A stretch of 64,000 nucleotides of DNA from Octopus vulgaris (Eukaryota): positions 22,320,001 to 22,384,000 of the forward strand of contig OX597823.1 of assembly GCA_951406725.2 (NCBI GenBank), in the 5' to 3' direction. The number at the start of each line of letters is the position of its first letter. Positions within the stretch are counted from its first letter, which is position 1. Below the pieces are notes generated by a model that did not search any database, was not told the origin of the DNA, and was given only the letters and a program-made list of their open reading frames with translations. The position numbers and the translations under genes are program-made. Positions 44,020 through 56,130 of the stretch are shown here, in pieces.

Positions 44020-44149
44020 GCTGCTTTCTCGTACACGAGTAAATTCATTGCTAGAGAATCATGGACACGATCCCTCTGTGAATCCATTTATATTTTCTGT
44101 AAACCGCTTAATTGAGCTAATTCGAAGCCAAACAGTGACCTAATACATG

Positions 44150-44340
44150 GCTTCCTTATGGTAGACATGAAAGTATGAAAGTATATGGACGACATGAAAG
44201 TATATGCTGAAAATATGCACAATACGAAGTGCCTTGACCGAGATATGGTATTCGCGAATGATATAAAACTTCATTTAGACCACAATAAATATGCGCACTT
44301 GATTGCAAAATGGGGGGAATACCATATGCAAGTCTAGCAA
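44150..44340 (+). mobile_element. degenerate RT remnant of an RLE-type LINE
   Basis: tatatggacgacatgaaagtatatgct = YMDDMKVYA. Confidence 0.4.
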
Positions 44341-45098
44341 CATTTCTACCTCTGGTTTCACTTCCTACGAGGAATGCTACAGGAACTGAGGGTTGACTCA
44401 ATATATATTCTGCGATAGAAAACGTAACAAGTAACGTAACCAGTAACCACAATGTTTTTGATGCATCAGTAAATCACATCGACATTTGAGCTACTGGGTT
44501 GAACACGTGTTATTGATGTTAAAACCCCAATACTATTAATCACACCAAACATTGCCGTAATACTACTCATAGTAACTGCCTGTAATTAAAGGAAGGAAGA
44601 TAGCTCAATATCAGTTTAAAGGACCTTTGAATATTGCATCATAACTCTTCGACTTAAAGCGCCAAAGTAAAAGCGCACTCAGGAAATCAATCTGTATATA
44701 TGAGCGCAAGAAAGATGTATTAGTTCTCACTTTGAAAGATATGCTTTTGGTATCGATGAAAAGGAAATAATTATATATCATCTGGTACATAAAATGAGAG
44801 AGGGTTGTAATCAATACAGACCTTGTTAAATTTGCACTTAAAATGTAATCCACATCATAAGGAATTATCTGAAAATGTCATTACTATTTTCTTATAAGAT
44901 AGTTCTGAAGATATAAAAGTATTCACAGTAAAATGAAGAACCCATCATTAAAAAAAAAGATAGAAGAAAGAATACAATAGAAAGTAGACACAACTGACCA
45001 AGTAATGATCTGGGTTTGGGAAAAGAAAGTGAGGCTAGCAATAATATAAAATCAGTTGCCCAGCATAATGTTAAAGGTAAGTAAAAAGGAACGTATTA

Positions 45099-45343
45099 CA
45101 TGGTGTTCAAAAAATCTCTCCACAGTGAATTTTTTTTCATCCTGACTCTCTAAGATGTATTTCGAAACATGTGTAGAAGAGTCAACTTATGTATTGAAAA
45201 TGAAAGACGACACTTTCAACACCTCTTATAAAGTTTTTAAACTCTTGTAAAGTCTTATATATTCTTTTTTAGTCTTAAACCATCCTATAAACATTCATTT
45301 TGCAATAAAATACTTACTGCGGAGAGACTTGTTGAACACCCTG
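45099..45343. mobile_element. Tc1/mariner-type MITE
   Basis: TA|CATGGTGTTCAAAAAATCTCTCCACAGT ... ACTGCGGAGAGACTTGTTGAACACCCTG|TA. Confidence 0.8.
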
Positions 45344-46544
45344 TATTTGAACTAATGAAAAATCTACAGGTATAACTGCCACACTGTAATTTCAGATTTG
45401 AACCTATGCTTATTGATACATTTAGTTACTTCACTATCCCAGTACCAAATGTGACACTCTGATTATTAGAATATCAAAAAGAATAGCTAATTAGGAAATT
45501 ATAATTACAAGCTATTGATAGAAGACTCACGGTATTATAAATTGTTATATCATAACAATTCACGTGAGTCAAGAGAACAACTGACCTTGTGTTTTATTGA
45601 GAAAGAACGTAGCTCTATAATATACATGCTGCAGATGATCATGATATTTGGGATGTAAGAAATCTGAAATTGTTTTTTTTATTCTACAGAGTGAATGCTT
45701 AAGCAAAGCATGGCAAAAATACACAACGCCTGCTTCTTCCTCACCATCAAAACCTTTCTTTTTTATTGTTATGCCACCGAACCGGTAGCCGGTCAACATA
45801 AACTCAAAAACTCTAATGAGGTGCAGAAAACACACACACACACACGTACATACACAGGTTCGCACACACATACACACATAGTACATTCACACACACAAGT
45901 ACACATATATACATACATACATACATACATACATACATACATACATACATACATACATACATACATACATACATACGCTCACATATACATACAGAAATTC
46001 TAAACCTCAAAAGCTTAATATCTTTAACGCACATACGTCATATCTTGTTCTATGTTATCGAAGATGATACTCAGGATTGGAGTATAGGTCTGGTTCCTCT
46101 TGCTAAGTCTGGTGGTTGTTGATAAGGCCTATTCGGACTAGGAATCCACTCCTGCATGTAGGGTACGTATGAGAATGTCGGTGCTTGAATTATACGATGC
46201 TCGAGATTCGTGTACTGCACGATTATTCTTAGCTGTATGAGCACTTTCACATCAAACCTTTTGGGCGTCCTTGTGAATTAGTCTGCTGTAGTCGAGTTGG
46301 CTTCGGGCAAGCAGCTCTCTGTAGTCAGCCAAAGTGCTGAGGGTTCTTAGTAGCACTTTTAGACACTGTTTGGATCTCGTCAATTGTCCCTTAGATTGTC
46401 TGCAATGTTGGCTTACTGCTTTACCTCAGAACCAAGGATCCTGTTTTGCATGTGGTTGTACATCCTGCGCATCCATTAACAGGACTGCAATCAACATGCA
46501 TCCATACATTCAAACGTACATACATACATACATACATACATACA

Positions 46545-46578
<34 letters not shown>

Positions 46579-47924
46579 CATACATACGCTCACATATACA
46601 TACAGAAATTCTAAACCTTAAAAGCTTAATATCTTTAACGCACATACGTCATATCAGCAGCTAATGTAATCCACAGCTCCTTTATAGACGATCTATTGGT
46701 CAATACCAGAAATTGTTACAATTCTGAGAAAAATCAAGATTTTGGAACATTTTCTGTTGATGTGGAGAAGGAATTTGGCAAAAAGAAATAATTATGTATA
46801 TCAGCTGAATGCAGGAAGGTTGTTTCTCAAGCCATATAATCTATCAAAAGTCTGGTTATTACTTATGTTCGATACAACGAATGCTACAAACCTTGGTTGA
46901 AATAAGATTTATCCAACAAAGTCGTTTTGAACAAAGACCAAAATATATTAAACCAGACAGATATGATAGTTAGAGTTTTCCTCTTAGAAGATACTATACT
47001 ATAATCCATTTTGCAGCACCAGTACTGTTGCTTATATTTGCAGTACATGACTTCAAAATTGAGGAAGTCCGCTCAATAAATAGTAAATTTGCAAGATCGT
47101 GACATAGGCTGCAAAATTTCACAGAAATGATAATTAGAACGGAAGAAAAATGACTGTAGTTAAGTTCGGAGATCTTTTGAGTATTATTCAGACATCATCA
47201 GCTAAATAAAGTCACCAACATTACATACATCAACTCAGTTCCCAAAAGTGAAGTGAAAGCTATACTACCCGTTTGTAGTAAATGTCCCCAGAATCACTTA
47301 ATTCCTATCGACCTCTCATGTGAATTACAGGATTAGAATACCTCAACCAGGCCTAAAAAGAGAACACTCAACCTTCCACAAAAAATATTACTTTCCACGT
47401 AAATTAGAGGATGAGGATAACCATCCTTTGGAGGCAAATGTAGAGACTAGTTCTCTTATTGAATACATTCATTAATATCAATATACGGATTATATTGTGG
47501 AACACTTCTATCAAGATTTCCGCTGTGTGTAAATATAACATTCTTGATAAAGTGGTTTGAGATAGAGATAGAGAAAGAAGCCATCTGCAGCGGAAGAAGC
47601 CAGTTGCCCTGCAGATTTGAAAGTTTCTCGTAAAATCAGAAAGGACAATTTTATCGAGCAACTTTTCTGTTTGTAAATTTAAATTGATCTTTATGACTAT
47701 GTGAGCGACAATCTGGAAAAGTTAGTATTTTCAGATAAAGAAAGACAGATCAACGACATTTTACAAATTCAGCGTGTAAGCAGAAAAATAAAAATATGCA
47801 AGACTTCCTAAAAGGTTCCGCAGTTTGATATTTAAACGCCAGAGCTGGAGCGTTGTGCCTTATTACAAACTAGTTTCCTCTCTAGGAAGATTTCAAATAA
47901 CTGAGACAGAAACTTTATACATAC

Positions 47925-47973
<49 letters not shown>

Positions 47974-48180
47974 GATAAATCTCAGAGCGAGTTATAAACA
48001 GTAGCGGTAACACAACGCGATGCATATATGCCATTTGAATATGGCTAACCCAAAAGGGTGGATGCTACTGTAGTTTGTAGCCCCAGGAAGACACCTCCTC
48101 CCGCTGGCTATAGACACACTATCTGTGTCCTGTCAGTATTTGTGAAGGGGAGTCATCCTCCCCGTCTTCAACACATGATA

Positions 48181-48225
48181 CACACGTACCCGAGTTTCAA
48201 GGTGTTTACCTTTCATCAGCGTGTG
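48181..48225 (-). ncRNA. minimal type I hammerhead ribozyme with a canonical core
   Basis: cacacg-CTGATGA-aaggt(aaac)acctt-GAAA-ctcggg-TA-cgtgtg; stems I and II are perfect. Confidence 0.85.
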
Positions 48226-48447
48226 ACAATCATGGTTGTCGACGAGAAGTCAGATTCCTTCACAAATACATATATCTCTGTATCTCCTTTGATTAATTTT
48301 AATCCTTCAGCTAGTTAATGCTTTTGTGGGGCTTGCAATCACCTATATTATTGATTCGTTTATTATCCTTTTTAATTGTTACACGAGATAATAACAGTCA
48401 ATAATATCGTCGCAAATATTTTCTCCTGAATTATATGCTTCGTATTG

Positions 48448-48515
<68 letters not shown>

Positions 48516-48592
48516 TGCAGCGTGGAAGGTGTTTATAAGCCATTTAAGAAACACACAAAAACCGTTAGATTCACTTCAACATTTAAATTTAA

Positions 48593-48643
48593 TTTGTCAA
48601 AATATTTTCGTCGCTTTGAGACCGTGACCTGTTCACTGACAAA
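48593..48643 (-). ncRNA. hammerhead variant with swapped G3-C8 core pair, inside inverted repeat 48512-48682
   Basis: tttgtca-GTGAACA-g-gtcac(..)gcgac-GAAA-atat-TT-tgacaaa. Confidence 0.65.
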
Positions 48644-48728
48644 ACTCCAAATGGCTTATAAACGCCTTTCACACAGCAATTGTTTTCGTTCCAGCACACG
48701 ATCTCAGATCAGCTCACTTGCATAGCAA

Positions 48729-48777
<49 letters not shown>

Positions 48778-48817
48778 TAGTTAGTTAGTTAGTTAGTTAA
48801 TTAGTTAGTTAGTTAGT

Positions 48818-48864
<47 letters not shown>

Positions 48865-48877
48865 CTAGATATAATAT

Positions 48878-48973
48878 TAATTAACAGGAGATGGATTGGT
48901 ATTAAATCTGTATTGGGTACACCATATCTAGTCTCCAATAAAGATGTAATATCAATCTATCTCCTGTTAATTA
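48878..48973. repeat. imperfect hairpin at the edge of a microsatellite-flanked insert
   Basis: taattaacaggagatggattggtatta..tct..attgg / ccaat..agat.taatatcaatctatctcctgttaatta. Confidence 0.8.
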
Positions 48974-49266
48974 GTATTATTACCCTAATTACCACTGCGG
49001 AGTTCCTGAAAGACAATATAACACAAGTTTACTTCGACTGCGGATGACAACAGGTAGCCTAAACTGTGCCGGTACTCTACTCAACATTTAAACACACTAA
49101 TCGACTTATATTTATTAGTCTAACATATTAATTATATGTGTGTGTGTGTATGTGTACACCAGAGTAAGCACATAAATGCGAAACAAGGTGGAAAAAATAG
49201 TACTCGAATACTAGAACGGGAACGTGAAACTCTGAGTAACACGTTTTGTGATATTTTTGTATAAGT

Positions 49267-49316
<50 letters not shown>

Positions 49317-49357
49317 GTATGTTTGCATATATACATATATGTAAATACATCTATTTG

Positions 49358-49414
<57 letters not shown>

Positions 49415-49565
49415 TCTGTATGTGTGTATGCATACGTGGGCACAGGACGTCACGAAACGTGTACAACAAAAAGTACGAAGCACGAGTACATAGAACAACA
49501 TGAATTATTCTTTCGAACAACGAAAGACACAAATGGAAAAAAAAAAACAAGCAACATAAAGAATG

Positions 49566-49626
49566 ACCCTTCATCAGTTGTTGGCTGTTTTTCTTGTCTC
49601 GTATTTCGAGCATTTAACAATATACG
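49566..49626 (-). ncRNA. non-circularly permuted hammerhead motif
   Basis: cgtaT-A-ttgtt / aaat / gctc-GAAA-tacg / 17 nt / aacaa-CTGATGA-a-gggt. Confidence 0.65.
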
Positions 49627-50010
49627 CTTTCGATAAAACAGTGGCTCTAGCAAAGCAAATTAAATAAAATTTGAGATTTTGCAGAGAGTCAAAATTGGTA
49701 ACACAAACAGGACAGTGAAAACGAACAGGAAGGGTTGCTAAGCCTAAACCAGGTTGTGGTGGCGAACGCATAAATCAAACTTGGACAGGAGATAAACATG
49801 AACATGTCTTCCTTGTTCCAGCTACAACGGAGAGAAAGAAAGATGGCCGATGGTCACGTGGGAGTCATGTGAGCAACGGAGGAGGAGGAGCGGGGTCAAA
49901 TAATAAGATAGAGAAGAACGAAAGTGTAAAAAGATCTTAAGAGTGCGCATCAGAATTATTAAGATAAAACTTAGAAGAGGATGCGTGGCATTCAATCATA
50001 TAATAATATA

Positions 50011-50056
<46 letters not shown>

Positions 50057-50409
50057 TGAGAGAGAGCTGTTTATCGAGTGATATATTTGTGTCTGTCCGT
50101 CTGTCTGTCTGCCTCTCTAATATATTTATAATATTGTTATCTTATATTTACATCTAATGCTATCAAGCCATTTATCTTACTATATGTCTGTCTGTCAACT
50201 TGTCATTTTGCACGCTCATATTTTCTTTCAAATATAAAACGGTCTTGTCTATAGAATTGTTGTATAAAACTATATGCATGTTTGTGCGCGTGTATATGTG
50301 TGTGAGTTTGTGTGTGTGTGTGTATCAGTGTATATCTCACTCGTCCACTGTCTGTTGCTTTTATATACGTACTACATACATGTGTATACATATAAGCATA
50401 ATATATATC

Positions 50410-50470
<61 letters not shown>

Positions 50471-50735
50471 GCGCATGTACTTGCATATACTTGTGTGTGT
50501 ATATAAGTACCAATATAATGTTCTTTTGTTCATTTTTACCATCAAGGCCAAGGCCATACTCTATGTATATGGTTTTAAGTATGTGTTGGTGTGAAGACGT
50601 ATATATGTGTGTCTGTGTCTGTGCCTGCATAGTAAAATGGCTGCATACAACAAACTTGAATCACGCCTCCACACCTACGCACTCTTGAGTGGGTGTTCAA
50701 GAATAGTTACTTTTTGCGCTACACACGCACGCACA

Positions 50736-50790
<55 letters not shown>

Positions 50791-51009
50791 TGTCATCCAC
50801 AATGATACTCATTCCGACAAACAGAGATTCAGGCACACATATATACTTTAAAAACGCCCACATATTCTCATACACACATATCCATATACAACACGTAAAC
50901 ATAGTGTTCAAACGTAAACGTATATGGACTCTACAAACTTGCTTTCATACGCACAAAACACATATACAGACAATATATATATAAACGCACGCACGCTCAC
51001 ACACACTCA

Positions 51010-51045
<36 letters not shown>

Positions 51046-51536
51046 TATACACAGACTCACACTCTCACACATACCCATAAAATTCTTATTCGCTGGTCTG
51101 CAAACACACACGCAAACATTCACGCACGCGCGCACACATGTACCCACGCATATACATACATGCACAGCGAAAATTTAATTCCTGCAGAAAATATATTATA
51201 CAACTGTCGTATACATATGTGCGCCGGCGCACGTAGAAGACAATAGTTACAACTTATACAATAGTGATTTTTTTCTGTCAGTGATGACGCGTCTTTGGTA
51301 ACGACTATGGCTGTCATATTCGCTTATCAGGGCTAAATACATATACAAACTATCATATTCACACTACCTGCCATACATCGCATTAGCGCACATCTTTTCA
51401 TATGATATATTAATTCGATCCACGCATCACACACACACGCACACATATACACACATATATGTATATGTATATATATACATATATATATATATATGTATAT
51501 ACATATATATCTATATACATGTATATACATATATAA

Positions 51537-51591
<55 letters not shown>

Positions 51592-51680
51592 TAAACAGTA
51601 AAAATAATTACAGACATGGACAAGAACATGAAACGCCACAGAGACGACACAAGGACCACAGGACGGGACATTCGAAGCCC

Positions 51681-51742
51681 TCAGTCATCAGTCAAGAACC
51701 AGATCATCTTAGCAATTTCGGCTGATTAATCTTGAGATTGCT
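51681..51742 (-). ncRNA. non-circularly permuted hammerhead motif, copy 1
   Basis: agcaaT-C-tcaaga / ttaa / tcagcc-GAAA-ttgct / 13 nt / tcttga-CTGATGA-ctga. Confidence 0.65.
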
Positions 51743-52460
51743 CCGATATGGGCAGCCCGCCAAGGGAAATCTAAGCCAAGTGCATTAGATCCCCTGGAAG
51801 AAAGCTTCGAATGTATACAACACGAGGACGGAAAACGAACGAAGTACACGAACAAAAATACAGAATACGTGACAACAATAAGAATACAAAAACGTAAAAA
51901 CAATAACGGTAAAAATAAAGTATAAAAAATAAACAACAAAACAAAACCAGGACGTAGGACAAGGGTCTTTCGACAGGACGAATTGAGTATGGGGCTGGCT
52001 TATGAAGTTGTGCCTAATGGCCACAGGGAGACGAACAAGTACGTGTTGCTTCAGCGGCTGCTGGAACGAAAAGAGCGCTCAACAGCGGCTAGCGGTCACG
52101 TGAGAACAAAAGACAAGAGAAAGGGACAGATGAAAAGAGAGAGAAGGTGGACGAGGGAGGAGAAGAAAGAGACAGATCGAGGGGGCTGGAGGTGAGAGAG
52201 ATAGAGAAACGTAGAAGGGGGGAAGACGGATGGAGAGGGAAAGAAAGGAGGGGGAATAAGGGGGAGAGAGAGAGAGAGAGAAAGAAAGATTAAGAGTCGT
52301 ATCAATGCTTGAGAAAAAATATACTTATCGTATAAGGACAATTGTGGATACGTAGCCGCCGATTATATAGGTAAACAGTAAAAATAATTACAGACATGGA
52401 CAAGAACATGAAACGCCACAGAGACGACACAAGGACCACAGGACGGGACATTCGAAGCCC

Positions 52461-52522
52461 TCAGTCATCAGTCAAGAACCAGATCATCTTAGCAATTTCG
52501 GCTGATTAATCTTGAGATTGCT
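52461..52522 (-). ncRNA. non-circularly permuted hammerhead motif, copy 2
   Basis: identical to 51681-51742. Confidence 0.65.
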
Positions 52523-53207
52523 CCGATATGGGCAGCCTGCCAAGGGAAATCTAAGCCAAGTGCATTAGATCCCCTGGAAGAAAGCTTCGAATGTATACAA
52601 CACGAGGACGGAAAACGAACGAAGTACACGAACAAAAATACAGAATACGTGACAACAATAAGAATACAAAAACGTAAAAACAATAACGGTAAAAATAAAG
52701 TATAAAAAATAAACAACAAAACAAAACCAGGACGTAGGACAAGGGTCTTTCGACAGGACGAATTGAGTATGGGGCTGGCTTATGAAGTTGTGCCTAATGG
52801 CCACAGGGAGACGAACAAGTACGTGTTGCTTCAGCGGCTGCTGGAACGAAAAGAGCGCTCAACAGCGGCTAGCGGTCACGTGAGAACAAAAGACAAGAGA
52901 AAGGGACAGATGAAAAGAGAGAAGGTGGACGAGGGAGGAGAAGAAAGAGACAGATCGAGGGGGCTGGAGGTGAGAGAGATAGAGAAACGTAGAAGGGGGG
53001 GGGAAGACGGATGGAGAGGGAAAGAAAGGAGGGGGAATAAGGGAGGAGAGAGAGAGAGAGAAAGAAAGATTAAGAGTCGTATCAATGCTTGAGAAAAAAT
53101 ATACTTATCGTATAAGGACAATTGTGGATACGTAGCCGCCGATTATATAGGTAAACAGTATATATATATATATACACACATACATGCATACATACATATA
53201 TATATAT

Positions 53208-54561
53208 ATATATGTGTATATTGGCAGGGCTGGCCTGCTAGGTAGCCGGCCAGAATGCTAGAAATAGATCATCAACGATCAAACTACAAGGGAAATTCTC
53301 TAGAGGAAGAATTCAGCGAACACCAGAACCAAATTTGGCGGGCAGGACATATGAAAAATTAAATAAAAAACAGACTTAAATGCATACCTCGGTTTCGGTC
53401 TTAACAAAAGAATTACTTGCATAATTCAAGTGTCCGTGACTTCTTCAGCACATTCGGTCCTCGAGATGCAAACTGCAAGACTAACCCCAGCCCTCTGTGT
53501 CAAGACAGACACGTGCTTAGTCCTACTGATTACATCGGGAATAAAATTTCAAATGTCTTGGTTCCGGCGCGCTAAGAGACTCCTGAAGCGAAGGGCTGCA
53601 GTGAATAATTCACTGCGGGTAAAGCTTACTACTAGGGAACGTATTTATTTAAATATTTAAAAATTGAGGGAGATAAATTAATATTAATTTTAATATCAAT
53701 TTAAAACCAGTAGTCCAGCATTCAAAAAATCTGAGGAGTCAGAGAAAATTCAAATATATGTGTATATTGGCAGGGCTGGCCTGCTAGGTAGCCGGCCAGA
53801 ATGCTAGAAATAGATCATCAACGATCAAACTACAAGGGAAATTCTCTAGAGGAAGAATTCAGCGAACACCAGAACCAAATTTGGCGGGCAGGACATATGA
53901 AAAATTAAATAAAAAACAGACTTAAATGCATACCTCGGTTTCGGTCTTAACAAAAGAATTACTTGCATAATTCAAGTGTCCGTGACTTCTTCAGCACAGT
54001 CGGTCCTCGAGATGCAAACCGCAAGACTAACCCCAGCTCTCTGTGTCAAGACAGACACGTGCTTAGTCCTACTGATTACATCGCTTCAGGAGTCTCTTAG
54101 CGCGCCGGAACCAAGACATTTGAAATTTTATTCCCGATGTAATCAGTAGGACTAAGCACGTGTCTGTCTTGACACAGAGAGCTGGGGTTAGTCTTGCGGT
54201 TTGCATCTCGAGGACCGAATGTGCTGAAGAAGTCACGGACACTTGAATTATGCAAGTAATTCTTTTGTTAAGACCGAAACCGAGGTATGCATTTAAGTCT
54301 GTTTTTTATTTAATTTTTCATATGTCCTGCCCGCCAAATTTGGTTCTGGTGTTAGCTGAATTCTTCCTCTAGAGAATTTCCCTTGTAGTTTGATCGTTGA
54401 TGATCTATTTCTAGCTTTCTGGCCGGCTACCTAGCAGGCCAGCCCTTCCAATATACACATATATTTGAATTTTCTCTGACTCCTCAGATTTTTTGAATGC
54501 TGGACTACTGGTTTTAAATTGATATTAAAATTAATATTAATTTATCTCCCTCAATATTTAA

Positions 54562-54567
<6 letters not shown>
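53208..54567. mobile_element. PLE-like non-autonomous insert: direct repeat (period 546 bp) plus an inverted copy, in (TA)n
   Basis: ttggcagggctggcc at 53221 and 53767; 54081-54555 is the reverse complement of the unit; hammerhead-like motif in each copy. Confidence 0.88.
54218..54293 (+). ncRNA. type I hammerhead-like motif with an extended stem II (mirror copies on the minus strand near 53380-53455 and 53926-54001)
   Basis: aatgtg-CTGAAGA-agtc...gacc-GAAA-cc(ga)gg-TA-tgcatt. Confidence 0.55.
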
Positions 54568-54645
<78 letters not shown>

Positions 54646-54851
54646 CTATGTAAGGAATGCATATAAGGAATCCACTCTTGGGATTCAACACACTAGAAAG
54701 AACAGCTAGGTTCTATAACCACAAAATTAAGGATAAAATCCGACAGGAACGAAATGAAAAAATAAAAACATTTTACCATCTAGTTTCCTGGACCAATTGT
54801 TTTCTGAATTTAGTTTAGCAAATAAATAATATTCGCTAGGTGAAATCTTCT

Positions 54852-55166
54852 TCAACAGGTACACCTTAGACGAGTTTCAGGTAAGCCAAACTTTCTGAGC
54901 TTCTCCCTTTCCATTGAGACAACGTGATCTTCAATATCAACCAACCCAGAATTATATAGGTCATTGTTGAATGCTATTTCTCTCTCAGGGAATCTTAATT
55001 GTGCCTGATATTTGTAGTCTTCCGATAAATCATTCTTATATTTGTGCCACAACGCTAATGGATTACTTACTTCACAATTCAGGAAAAGAATTGCAAAAAG
55101 GTCTCTCAAAGAAATAGATACAATTCGTTGTATGTACATAGTTTTTTTGTATGTAGGATCTTCCAT
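54852..55166 (-). pseudogene. Helitron Rep/helicase fragment (inter-domain region)
   Basis: LRDLFAILFLNCEVSNPLALW.KYK..LSED...YN.GL.DIED......L..FGLP. Confidence 0.8.
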
Positions 55167-56130
55167 ACTTTCTTATCTATATGATCGTATATTGAAATTA
55201 GAGAATATTTTTTAGTGGTCTTCACATTTGTATTTATTATTTATTTATATGTTGTAATTGTGTATTATTACTTTCTATATTTTTTTATATGTCTATTGGG
55301 GTGTATTTTGGTTAAAGAATATTATAAAAGTGAAAGGATTTTGTCTATAATTTATTTCGACTGTTTTCCATACTTTTTAAAATCTATATGGTCATATATT
55401 TGCATTACAGAATATTTTTTTAGTCATTTTCACATTTTTCTATTACTTATTTTTATGTTGTAATTGTATATTATTACTTTCTATATTTTTTATATGTGTA
55501 TTGATGAGTATTGTTTAAGTTTTTGTTAGAGAATATATTATAAAAGTGAAAGGATTTTGTCTATTTATTTATTTCGACTGTCCACCTGCGACGATGATTA
55601 AATTGACTAGGAACATAGTGCGCGATGAATATCCAATATCAAATGATCTTAATCTCCATATTTAAATTGCATTAAACTTTGGCAAGCTTACTTTTACCTA
55701 TTCTAAGTTACTTGAAAGGTGATATTCCCTTCCCTCTCTTCGATTTGTTGATACTTTTGTTTACCTACCAATGCGCTGTTTCACTTTGAGGATGCTTATT
55801 TACCAATCCATTATGATATTTCGATTGTTGTCCATTCTTTCATATATGTTTTAGCATTGCCGTTCTGGCCCTTTTTAAACAATCACAAGAAATTTCGCTT
55901 TCATGTAAAACAACTATATTTTATAGTCATTATCTGTAATCTACTCCCAAAACACTCTAGTAGCTCTACTTTGCATCGCGTGCTTTTTCTTGAGATTTCC
56001 GAATGGCAGAAATCATGTCAACTCCCTGCATGAAATCAACATTGGGAAAGTCCTGTCCTAGATCGATTTGCATGGCATAAAACGTGTCATGATCCAAACA
56101 ATTTGGGTTAAAGAAACATAATAAAACAAT

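Larger units (their letters stand above)
51585..53160 (-). mobile_element. tandem dimer of a 780 bp non-coding PLE-like/retrozyme-like unit inserted in (TA)n
   Basis: gtaaacagta recurs at 51591, 52371 and 53151; units near-identical; each has a hammerhead-core motif on the minus strand. Confidence 0.85.

Noticed and set aside
51668-51814. SECIS element interpretation of the structured region
   Set aside because: No apical AA motif or GA quartet geometry and no UGA-containing ORF; the hammerhead reading fits better
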